Shown here piece after piece: positions 37,701-46,336 of a stretch of DNA of 58,935 bases. The stretch covers positions 1-58,935 of the forward strand of contig SKSR01000132.1 in assembly GCA_007122885.1 (NCBI GenBank), given 5' to 3'. The notes under the pieces are model-generated. The model made no database searches. It saw nothing but the letters and a program-made list of their open reading frames with translations, and was not told the origin of the DNA. The position numbers and the translations under genes were made by a program. The stretch's first letter is position 1. Each line of letters begins with the position of its first letter. Source of the stretch: Gemmatimonadota bacterium. GTDB lineage: Bacteria > Gemmatimonadota > Gemmatimonadetes > Longimicrobiales > Gaopeijiaceae.

Positions 37701-39729
37701 GGGGATCACGGCCGCCGGAGCATGGGAGTGCGTGAAGCGCCACTTTCTGGAAAGGGAGAAGGACATCCAGGCCGAACCCTTCACCGTGGTGGGGATCGGG
37801 GACATGAGCGGCGATGTCTTCGGAAACGGCATGCTCCTGTCCCGGCAGATCCGCCTGCTGGCGGCCTTCGACCACCGTGACATCTTCATCGACCCCGATC
37901 CGGATCCGGAAACGTCCTACGAGGAGCGAGAGCGACTCTTCGCCCTCGGTGCCTCCACCTGGCAGGACTACGACCGATCGGTTCTCAGCCCCGGGGGGAT
38001 GATCGTTTCGCGTACCAGCAAGGAGCTGACGCTCACTCCGGATGCCCGGGAGGTGCTGGGGGTGCCGGAGGACGTGGAATACCTGGACGGGGAGAGTCTG
38101 GTCCGGTGGGTTCTCTGCGCACCGGCCGAGCTTCTCTGGAACGGAGGGATCGGGACCTACGTGAAGGCGTCCGACGAGACCCACGCCGACGTAGGGGATG
38201 CTCAGGGCGACGCGGTTCGAGTGAACGCCTCCGATCTGCGGGTCCAGGTGGTGGGGGAAGGGGGGAACCTGGGATTCACTCAACGGGCCCGGATCGAGTT
38301 CGCCCTGAACGGCGGCCGGATGAACACGGATGCCATCGATAACTCGGGGGGAGTGGATCTGTCGGACCGAGAGGTGAACCTGAAAATCCTGCTGGCTTCG
38401 TCGGTCCAGGAGGGGGCGTTCGACATGGAAGAGCGAAACCGCCTCCTGGAGGAGCTCTGTGAACCCGTCTCTCGCCAGGTACTCAGGGACAACCAGAGTC
38501 AAAGCCTGGCGGTCTCCCTGGACGAGCTTCGTTCGGAAGAGGCCGTGGACGATTACCGGGACCTGATGACGGGGTTGGAAAGGGAGGGGTTCCTGGACCG
38601 GGCGAGCGAACGCCTTCCTTCGTGGGAGGCGCTACTGGAGCGCCAGGATCAAGGACAGAGCTTCACCCGTCCCGAGCTGAGCGTTCTCCTCTCCTACGCG
38701 AAGCTCCACCTGAAGTGGCATCTGGTCCGGAGCGAGGTCCCCGATGACGACGAGGCCCAGGCCTACCTCTGGGAGTACTTCCCGCCGGCGGCTATCCGGG
38801 CGGTGGGACAGGACCGGGTCCGGGGACACCCCCTCAGGCGTGAGATCGTCGCTACCCAGCTAACGAACGATCTGGTGGACCTCATGGGCTCCGGTTTCGT
38901 CCAGCGCATCGGCCGCGACACGGGACGCACGCCGGACGAAGTGGCCCGGGCGTGGCTGGTGGCGTCCAACTTGGCAGGGCATCGCGGTCTGGTGAACCGT
39001 CTCCGGGTCGGACAAGCCGAGCTTCCCCCGAGGGACGCATATCGGTGGCTCAGGGGGTTGGCACGGGTCCTGGACCGAACCACCCGTTGGATCCTGGGGA
39101 ACGTGCCTCCCGAGAAGAGCGCCGGTGAGATCGTGGCCGACAACACGGACGGCCTGGAGACACTGCGGCGAAGCTTCGGAGAAATCGTCACCGGGGACGA
39201 GCGGGCCCTCTTCGAGGAGCTGGTGGACGATCTCGTCTCCGCCGGGGCGGACCCGGACTTCGCCCGGAGCCTTATCAGCCTGCGCTTTCTGGATCACCTT
39301 CTCGAGATCCTTCGGGTGGTGCGGGAATCGGGGGCGGAGCCGTTGGAGGTGGGAAGGGCGTTCTACCGGGTTTCCGACCGGTTCAGCTTCTCCTGGCTCA
39401 AACAGGCCATATTCGACGCCGCGGCGGACGACCGTTGGGAGCAGCGGGCGGCCCAAGCGCTGAGCGAGGACCTGACACGAACCCAGCGGGACCTGGCAGG
39501 GGCCGCGGTGGCCTTCAGCCGGGAGGCCGGCGACTTGGAGGAGGGACTCAGGAGAATGGAAGAAGCCGCCCCACGAAGCGTGGCCCGTTTCCGGGAGGCC
39601 TTGGACGAGATCCAGGAGGAGGAGCGAATCACGCTCTCGGCCGTGACGGTGGCGGTCCGCGAAATCATGGGAGCCGCCTCCAGGATCCTGACGGTCAGAG
39701 AGGAAGGAGGCACTCCACCCCCTTCGTGA
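34786..39729 (+). CDS. Large NAD-specific glutamate dehydrogenase (about 1650-aa class)
   Basis: 1647 aa. Catalytic core ([95 protein letters not shown]) is typical of the giant Bac_GDH family. ATG at 34786. Confidence 0.9.
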   Translation: [1647 protein letters not shown]

Positions 39730-39774
39730 CGGAGTGGTGCCCCCTTCCTCGTCTGGGTCCGCCGGGCCTCCGCG

Positions 39775-40167
39775 TCAGCCTCGGCCGGCGGCCTTCAGAA
39801 CGTCGTCCACGTAACGGTCCACCCCCGCCAGGACCTTCACCAAGTCTTGCTTGTCTTCAGCCGCAGTCAGGTCCGTGGCGAAGGAGAGGAAGGTGGAGCG
39901 GACCGCTTCCCGCCGTTCCTGTTCCTGAGCCCTTCGGGTTCCCCTTCGGCGGCGCGTCGGGCTTTTCCGCCCTCCTCGCTTTCCGCTCTTTCGCCGTTTG
40001 ATCTGCAGAGGGTAGCGGGCGTTGAACTGCCGAAGGTCCAGGTCTCGAACCTCCGGGTGAGCGGTTTTCGTCTTCTCGAAGAGATCCTTCACCTCGATGC
40101 TCGGGGTCTTCTGGAGCTCTTTCTTCACGAACTCCATGACCTTGTCGTTGGTTTCCGCCACTTGCAT
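39775..40167 (-). CDS. Small highly basic protein, unknown function (possible nucleic-acid binding)
   Basis: 130 aa with a central KRRKSGKRGGRKSPTRRRRGTRRAQEQERRE tract. Internal ATG 40167. An AT-richer upstream patch contains promoter-like hexamers. Confidence 0.55.
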   Translation of the reverse strand: MQVAETNDKVMEFVKKELQKTPSIEVKDLFEKTKTAHPEVRDLDLRQFNARYPLQIKRRKSGKRGGRKSPTRRRRGTRRAQEQERREAVRSTFLSFATDLTAAEDKQDLVKVLAGVDRYVDDVLKAAGRG

Positions 40168-40228
40168 TCCTCGACTGTTGTCGTAACCGTGCGGTGGTCT
40201 ATGTGTCCCAGGGTACTTGATGCGCCTA

Positions 40229-40257
40229 AGTATCAAATATCGGGACGCATTGTCAAT
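40229..40257 (-). promoter_or_regulatory. Sigma-70-like promoter candidate for the basic protein gene
   Basis: On the minus strand: TTGACA (40257-40252), 17-nt spacer, GATACT (40234-40229). It lies about 60 nt upstream of ATG 40167 in a locally AT-rich patch. Confidence 0.3.
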
Positions 40258-40374
40258 ATATGAAAAACATTTACGCACGGGGGTGATAGTGGCCGGCGGC
40301 AGGGGCATCGGGTCCCGTCTCAGGCTGGGAAGGGAAAGGGCTTCTTGCAGCGGGTTGAACGGAATGCAGCCGGA

Positions 40375-40968
40375 CTAAGGGGAATGAGTGAGGCGAATGG
40401 AAGCACTGATTCCGAATCCGTGGAGATCGGAGGTCCGGACCCCCGGGACCCCGGTGACGGGTGAGAGGAGCCTGTATCCTGCGCCCAGGGTCAGGGTGAG
40501 GGCGTCCTCCACCGGTACGACCACCTCCCCTCGGGGTTCGAGCACCAACACGTTGTTGGAGCCCAGCTCGGCACCGAAGGAAGGGCTTCGGACCCGGACC
40601 GTTCCGGCACCAAGCAGAGCCCCACCGGACCACGAAAGGCCGTCGCCGTTCTCCGGCGTGCCCACCCCCAGGAGCACGCCCCCGTACCCGAAGCTCATCC
40701 GAGGGTCTCCTTCGGGCAGCTCCACTTCGTTGAAGAGGAGAAACCCTCCTCCCCCCACCCGGAAGACGGAGGTCATCTGGAGGCCGGCGAACCCGCCTGC
40801 CATGAAGCGAGCCTGGTCCACAACCCGGGTGAGCTGGAGAGTGGGCTCCACGAAGGCGCTCACGCCTCCCTCTCCCTCCCCGTCGGCTTGGCGCCCTTCC
40901 ACGGGCCCCGTGGGAATGAGCACTCCCCCCAGAAGAACGGCGAGTGCCAGCGTACGAGGATGGGCCAT
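40375..40968 (-). CDS. Secreted Gly-rich beta-type protein, unknown function
   Basis: Signal-peptide-like N-terminus MAHPRTLALAVLLGGVLIPTGPVEG. Alternating Gly/hydrophobic strands (GGFAGLQMTSVFRVGGGGFLLF, GYGGVLLGVG). Internal ATG 40968. Confidence 0.55.
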   Translation of the reverse strand: MAHPRTLALAVLLGGVLIPTGPVEGRQADGEGEGGVSAFVEPTLQLTRVVDQARFMAGGFAGLQMTSVFRVGGGGFLLFNEVELPEGDPRMSFGYGGVLLGVGTPENGDGLSWSGGALLGAGTVRVRSPSFGAELGSNNVLVLEPRGEVVVPVEDALTLTLGAGYRLLSPVTGVPGVRTSDLHGFGISASIRLTHSP

Positions 40969-41228
40969 GGGCTGTGGCACCCCAGTCGATGAGAGTTCGT
41001 GCAAGGCCGTCTTGAAAATACCCACGAAGTCCTCGTCGTCCATCGGACCCCGGCAGGTCTCCGGGGCGGGGGCGGGGGGGCGTAGAGCCTGGACGGTGGG
41101 ACGCACTATATTAGGCGGTTTCACGGATGTGCTGAAACAATGCGTTTCGCAGCGGTGATTCCCATCCCGTCCACACCTGAGCGGGGTGTCTGCCCGTTGG
41201 CCACAGCCACACCTTGTAGCCAGGGACT

Positions 41229-41765
41229 ATGTTGCTTTTTCGAACCGGAGAGGTCGTCTCGGGGCGGCGCTCGGTGGATCCGGTGAAGCCGGCACCCCTG
41301 GTGGTCGACAGGGCAGGGTTTTCCCTGGTGGAGGTGGCGGTGGCCGTCCTCCTGCTGGCGGTGGTTCTGGCCATCTCGGTTCAGGGATTCCGCGTATATT
41401 CCGATCAGGTGGGACCGAGACGGAGCGCCGAGGTATTTTCCAGGGATCTGGCGTTGGCCCGAGGGTCCGCGATCCGGGAGCGACAACCCGTCGTGGTCGA
41501 GTTCATGCCCGACGAGCTCCGGTATGTCGTTCGCACGGGGACGGGACGGCAGGTGGTGGAGCGACGATTCGACGGTTCGGGGCAGGTGACTCTGAGCGGG
41601 ATCGAGTTGGACCTTCCGGACAACGAGCTGACCTTCGACCCGCGGGGGGTGGCGGACCTCACCGGGGTGGACGGCCCCCTGGGCACCGCTCGCTTCACGT
41701 CGGGCGAGACCGTATACTCAGTGTCGTTCAACAGCTTGGGCACTTCGACGGTGGCTCCGGAATGA
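41229..41765 (+). CDS. GspH/FimT-like type IV minor (pseudo)pilin
   Basis: Prepilin N-terminal motif RAG|FSLVEVAVAVLLLAVVLAI, then FSRDLALARGSAI typical of the GspH/FimT family. The true start may be a downstream GTG. Confidence 0.7.
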   Translation: MLLFRTGEVVSGRRSVDPVKPAPLVVDRAGFSLVEVAVAVLLLAVVLAISVQGFRVYSDQVGPRRSAEVFSRDLALARGSAIRERQPVVVEFMPDELRYVVRTGTGRQVVERRFDGSGQVTLSGIELDLPDNELTFDPRGVADLTGVDGPLGTARFTSGETVYSVSFNSLGTSTVAPE

Positions 41766-42130
41766 ACGACCGTTCCGGCTTTACCCTTATCGAGGTCATC
41801 GCCGCCTTGGTGGTTTTCGCAGTGGGCGTGGTCATCGCCACCAACCTGACCGAGGCCCTGGCCCGAGGGATGGAGCACGCGGCCGCCCGGAGCGAGGCCG
41901 TGTCAGTGGCCGAACACGCCCTGGACTCGCTTTCGGCGGTCCCGTACGACGAGCTCCCGGTTGGGGAGACGGAGACACACGAATACCGAATCCAGGGTCG
42001 AACCTTCCTTCGGGTCGACGAGGTGGTGCAGGTGGGCCCCCGACTCCGACAGATCCAAGTGGAAGTGGCACCCGAGAACGGGGGAACCCCCCGCTTCGAA
42101 GGTGTGGGGTACGTGGTGGCGCCATGGTGA
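41762..42130 (+). CDS. PilV/GspI-like type IV minor pilin
   Basis: MNDRSG|FTLIEVIAALVVFAVGVV prepilin methylation motif. ATGA overlap with the upstream stop. Confidence 0.7.
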   Translation: MNDRSGFTLIEVIAALVVFAVGVVIATNLTEALARGMEHAAARSEAVSVAEHALDSLSAVPYDELPVGETETHEYRIQGRTFLRVDEVVQVGPRLRQIQVEVAPENGGTPRFEGVGYVVAPW

Positions 42131-43077
42131 GGTCCCGAAGAAGGTTTCCGCCTGAGGGACTGCCTGAAGGGGCGATGGAAGATACGGTCGGACCCGGTTC
42201 GTCGGGCGGTTGGGGCCGTGGCGGATTCAGTCTCCTGGAGGCTCTCGTAGCGGTCACCCTGGCCACCGTCCTGATCACCCTGGTCGCGTCCGTCTTCGTG
42301 GCACAGAACCGCTTTTTCCAGGGCACGGTGGCCCGGAGTGACGTCCAGGACCGGGTGAGAAGCGTGGCGGAGCAGATCCGAAGCGAGTTCCGGGCCGTCA
42401 CTCTGGATGGTGTGGAGGTGGCTGAGCCGGACCGGATCGTCCTCCGAACCCCCATCACCATCGGGATCGTCTGCGACTACGATGAGCCTTCCGGGAAGGG
42501 AAAGGGGAAGGGCTCGGGGGCTACAGGTTCGGTGTCGGTCTATCTTCCGAGGGAGGAAGCCCTCTTCGACGAGGACCGGGTGACCGGCTACGGCGTCCGG
42601 GACGAGGGGGGGACGTGGAGCTACTTCGGCAACGGATGGGGTGACATCGTCGGCTCGGGAGGAAACCCAAGGGCCGACTGCGAGGAGGCCGGGGACGACG
42701 GAACGGGTGACGACGCCGAGTACCTCACGTTGGACGGGTCCGTGGCTCAGAACCTGGATGGAAGCGGCTTGATCAGCCTGATCACCCGGCTGGAGTTCAC
42801 CCTGGACGAATCGCAGCTCCGGCCGGGAGAGCTGGCCCTCTTCCGGGCCGTGGGAGACGGAGCTTCGGTGGAGTTCGCCACGGGAATGGCCGAGGATGCC
42901 CGCTTCCAGTACCGGGTCGGGGACTCGGACGAGTGGCAGGACCAAGTGAATCCTCCACCGCAACGCAGAAACATCCGGGCGGTCCGAATGGTAGCGGAGG
43001 CCCGGTCGCCGGATGGGGCCGGCGGGGAGGTGCAGCACGGATGGGTGGTGGAGATCCCGTTCCGGAACGCGCCGTGA
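42124..43077 (+). CDS. PilW-like type IV minor pilin
   Basis: GRGG|FSLLEALVAVTLATVLITLV prepilin motif, about 300 aa. 7-nt overlap with the upstream gene. Alternative start ATG 42175. Confidence 0.65.
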   Translation: MVRSRRRFPPEGLPEGAMEDTVGPGSSGGWGRGGFSLLEALVAVTLATVLITLVASVFVAQNRFFQGTVARSDVQDRVRSVAEQIRSEFRAVTLDGVEVAEPDRIVLRTPITIGIVCDYDEPSGKGKGKGSGATGSVSVYLPREEALFDEDRVTGYGVRDEGGTWSYFGNGWGDIVGSGGNPRADCEEAGDDGTGDDAEYLTLDGSVAQNLDGSGLISLITRLEFTLDESQLRPGELALFRAVGDGASVEFATGMAEDARFQYRVGDSDEWQDQVNPPPQRRNIRAVRMVAEARSPDGAGGEVQHGWVVEIPFRNAP

Positions 43078-44072
43078 GCCCGGGGAACTCCATGCCTCCG
43101 GCGTCCTCTTCCCATTCCAGCCGGGATCCCGGAGGGGACCGGGGTGGCTTCGCCGTCCTCATCGTCGTCTTTCTCCTCTTCGCCGTGGGTGTGGCCGCGG
43201 CCACGGCCCACCAGATCGTCCAGGGCCAGCTCGAGCTGGCCGGTTACTCCTACGATGGAGGGCGGGCGTCCGCTGCGGCGGAGGCCGGCCTGAACCGGTA
43301 CCTGGGAGAGCATTTCGGAGGAACGCCCGAGCCCGAGGCGTTCTCCATCGGGGGCGCGGACGTCTTCGTGGACACCCGCCGGGTCCAGTATTCCGGCCTC
43401 TGGAACGAGATCCATCGGGTCCGGTCCGAAGGACGGGTGGTGGACCCTCGCCACTTCGATTCGCCCAGCGTGAGGACGTCGAGCCGTTACGCTCTCCTCC
43501 GTCAGCCCCCGTTCCACGTGGAGGCCCTCATGGCCTCTTCCGGACCCGTCAACGTGGGTGGCTCCTTCGTCCTGGACGGGAACGACCAAGCTTCCGGCGG
43601 GGCTTGCCGCCCGGCCGTGGGAGCTTCCTTGCCCGGTACCGGAGGCGTGGGGGAATTGGAAGCTCCTCCCTGGTCGTTCTTCACCGATCCGGCTTTGACC
43701 GTGGATCACGAGTACCCGGCTCAAGGGTGGCCCATCATGCCTCCGGGGAACTACCAAGCGATTCGGGTCTCGGGCGACTTCAATGCCAATGCAGCCCGAA
43801 GCGGAAGGGGTTTCCTCATCGTCACCGGTGAGATCTCCTTCGGCGCCGCGTTCCTGTGGGAAGGGGTGATCCTGGCCGGGCGAATGGAGGGGATCGTGAA
43901 CGCCCCCGGAATGGACGTCCAGGGCTTGGTGGTGGTGGGTCTCGATGGCGATCAGCCGCCAATACAGCTCAGTACTGGCTCCTTCCGGTACCATTCCTGT
44001 CATGCCTACGAGGCCGGAAGAGCCGCCTCCTACCTGAGCCCCCTCCCCTCCTCCTGGTGGCTCGACTACTGA
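43074..44072 (+). CDS. PilX-like pilus assembly/minor pilin protein
   Basis: Hydrophobic N-terminus GGFAVLIVVFLLFAVGVAAATAHQIV followed by AAAEAGLNRYL (PilX_N-like). GTGA overlap with the upstream stop; alternative ATG at 43092. Confidence 0.6.
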   Translation: MSPGNSMPPASSSHSSRDPGGDRGGFAVLIVVFLLFAVGVAAATAHQIVQGQLELAGYSYDGGRASAAAEAGLNRYLGEHFGGTPEPEAFSIGGADVFVDTRRVQYSGLWNEIHRVRSEGRVVDPRHFDSPSVRTSSRYALLRQPPFHVEALMASSGPVNVGGSFVLDGNDQASGGACRPAVGASLPGTGGVGELEAPPWSFFTDPALTVDHEYPAQGWPIMPPGNYQAIRVSGDFNANAARSGRGFLIVTGEISFGAAFLWEGVILAGRMEGIVNAPGMDVQGLVVVGLDGDQPPIQLSTGSFRYHSCHAYEAGRAASYLSPLPSSWWLDY

Positions 44073-44109
44073 CCGGCGGGTCCGCCCGTCGACGGAGCCC
44101 GGCCTCGGT

Positions 44110-46158
44110 TTACTGGGTCCGCACCACCGTGAGCGTGAAGCCTCCGGGAAGGGAGTTCCCCGAGCTGCCCATGGCCGGCGGCGGGCCGCGCAGAGCCCCT
44201 CCCCCTCCCCGCACCAACGGCCCCAACTCGCGTTCCGCTCGGCGCATGAGCTCCATGTGCAGATCGTGGTCGACCCGGGGAGCCGGGCCGTGGCCGAAAT
44301 GCCCGGCCGCTGGTGTGTGGACCGGGCTTGGGGCCGGCTGGGCCACTGCAGGTAGCGGCGGCCCGTCCACCCCCCGGGTGCCTGAGGCCTCGAAAGTCAG
44401 GGAGAGATCTTCGTCCGGGTCGGCCCCGTGGAAGCCCACGGCCACGTACTCGGCTCCCTCCGAGCCTCCGTCCAGGCAGACGCCCTCGGCGTCGCTTCCT
44501 TCGAGCTGGAGGGCATCTCCTACGGACGCCAGCGAATGGGCATTCCCTCCCCCGCACCCGTTGCCACCGTTCACGGTGACCTCACCTTCCTCTCCCGCCT
44601 CCACTCCGAAACGGAGGTAGACGGCCCCGCCTCCCCGGACTGTGACCGACTCCTCGGCGCCGTCGGCGAGTTCGTGGGTCTCGATTGGGAATTCCTCGAA
44701 GATGGGCTCTCCCCCCGACTGAAGCCGGGCGAAGAGGTCCGCGTGGTTCCAGCTCCGGTCCGTGAACTCCTCCGAGACCCCGTCCACCCGGCCGTCGGTG
44801 TAGAGGGTCACCGCCCAGTCGGCCATCCAATCGTGGGCATCGATCCCCAGGACGGCCTCCAGGTTGCTGATGCCCCGGCGGGTCGTGTTGACCAGGGCGT
44901 CCACACGGGCGTGCTCACTTCCTCCGTCCCGGTCCAAGGCGTACCTGAGGAAGTGCCACGCCCCTCCCCGCATGGCGGAGCCGTCCTCGTCGTCCACCAC
45001 CGAGCTCTCGCTGGGATCCTGCATGAACTCGGCGATCCGAACCAGGTTGATGATCTGGATCTCATTGAACGCGTCGAGGGCATCCTCTCCCGCTCCGGTC
45101 AGCTCGTCTCCCCCGATGTTCGTCCGGGAAGAAAGCCCGGCTTCCTGGAAGAAGAAGATCTCCTCGGTGAGGTGGGAGAGCCCCTCGTTCAGCCAGAGGG
45201 CCTCGAACGGTTGGGAGCCTGAGACCTGCTGTACGAAGAGGCGCCGGTTCGCGTTCACCAGGTGCTGATGCTCGTGGGCCATGGTGGACACGGTGAAGCG
45301 ACGGACGGCCTCCCGGTCCTGCTGGCTTCCCACCTCCCCATCCTCGTCCGGGACCCGCATGTAGAACATGTTCAGCTCATTGCTGGCCGGGCATCCTTGG
45401 AGCTGAGCGGTGCCCTCCCGGGGAAAGAGGTCCCGGGCGAAGAAGAAACCCAGGACGACCTGGTCGGAATCCGCCTCGGTGAGCTCGTTCACCGCCTTGG
45501 TGAAGAAGGCCACCACCCGACTCTCACCTCCCACCGGTTCCGGAGCTCCAAAGAGGTCGTCGGTGAGGGGGCGAACTCGGGAGTCGTAGGCGGCGGCGAA
45601 CTCCTCGTAGTCCGTCCGTGAGAAGGTGGGTTCCGGATTAGCCGTATCGGCCACGACGATCACGTGCTCCCCGATGGCCTCCACCCGTCCCGTGCGTTCG
45701 TCCGGATTCTGGCAGGCGCTGGAGGTTTCCGTGTTCAGGGTCACCAGGTTGCCCACCTGCGAGAAGTCGTCGCCGGTGGGAAAGCGGGCGCTGAACTCCA
45801 CCGGGGACAGCTCTGCGGCCCTGGCCGACAAGCGTTGGGACTCTGCCTCGTCAGTGCCCAGGGTCCAACGGGCTTCGGCTCGCCCCTCCTCGTCGGTCAC
45901 GGAGGTCTCGGGACTCACCGAGCCGCCCCCCGCCTCTACGGTCCAGACGATTTCCACATTGGGAATCCCCTGGCCCTCGCCGTTCACGGCACGGACCACG
46001 AGCGGGTCGCCGAGCTCCTCCCCCGGAGCTCCCACCTGCTCGTCGCCGGACTCTTTGATCAGCTCTTCAAGGGCGGGCTCGGTGCCCGAGTCACAGGCCC
46101 AGAGGGCCAAAAGTCCCGAGAGGAGCACCAAACGAAACCGAAAGGACGTACTGACCAT
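44110..46158 (-). CDS. Lipoprotein zinc metallopeptidase (HExxH, M30/hyicolysin-like) with an N-terminal Big_1 Ig-like domain
   Basis: Lipobox LLALWAC. Ig-like DPLVVRAVNGEGQGIPNVEIVWTVEAGGGSVSPETSVTDEEGRAEARWTLG. TMAHEHQHLVN zinc-binding HExxH resembles the M30 HEFQH motif. Confidence 0.7.
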   Translation of the reverse strand: MVSTSFRFRLVLLSGLLALWACDSGTEPALEELIKESGDEQVGAPGEELGDPLVVRAVNGEGQGIPNVEIVWTVEAGGGSVSPETSVTDEEGRAEARWTLGTDEAESQRLSARAAELSPVEFSARFPTGDDFSQVGNLVTLNTETSSACQNPDERTGRVEAIGEHVIVVADTANPEPTFSRTDYEEFAAAYDSRVRPLTDDLFGAPEPVGGESRVVAFFTKAVNELTEADSDQVVLGFFFARDLFPREGTAQLQGCPASNELNMFYMRVPDEDGEVGSQQDREAVRRFTVSTMAHEHQHLVNANRRLFVQQVSGSQPFEALWLNEGLSHLTEEIFFFQEAGLSSRTNIGGDELTGAGEDALDAFNEIQIINLVRIAEFMQDPSESSVVDDEDGSAMRGGAWHFLRYALDRDGGSEHARVDALVNTTRRGISNLEAVLGIDAHDWMADWAVTLYTDGRVDGVSEEFTDRSWNHADLFARLQSGGEPIFEEFPIETHELADGAEESVTVRGGGAVYLRFGVEAGEEGEVTVNGGNGCGGGNAHSLASVGDALQLEGSDAEGVCLDGGSEGAEYVAVGFHGADPDEDLSLTFEASGTRGVDGPPLPAVAQPAPSPVHTPAAGHFGHGPAPRVDHDLHMELMRRAERELGPLVRGGGGALRGPPPAMGSSGNSLPGGFTLTVVRTQ

Positions 46159-46336
46159 GAAAAAGACGTGACCCTGTTTGGGGGAGTCGCGTGGGACCGG
46201 CCGCGGTACAACGGCGGCTACGAGTCCGTCCTGAGAGGAGGTGCGAGGTCGGCCTGGACGGCGCCGAGCGCTTGGGTTCCCGGTCCTAACACCGCGGAAC
46301 GGCGTGGCAGTTCCAGTCCGTACGCCACGGCGGTCC

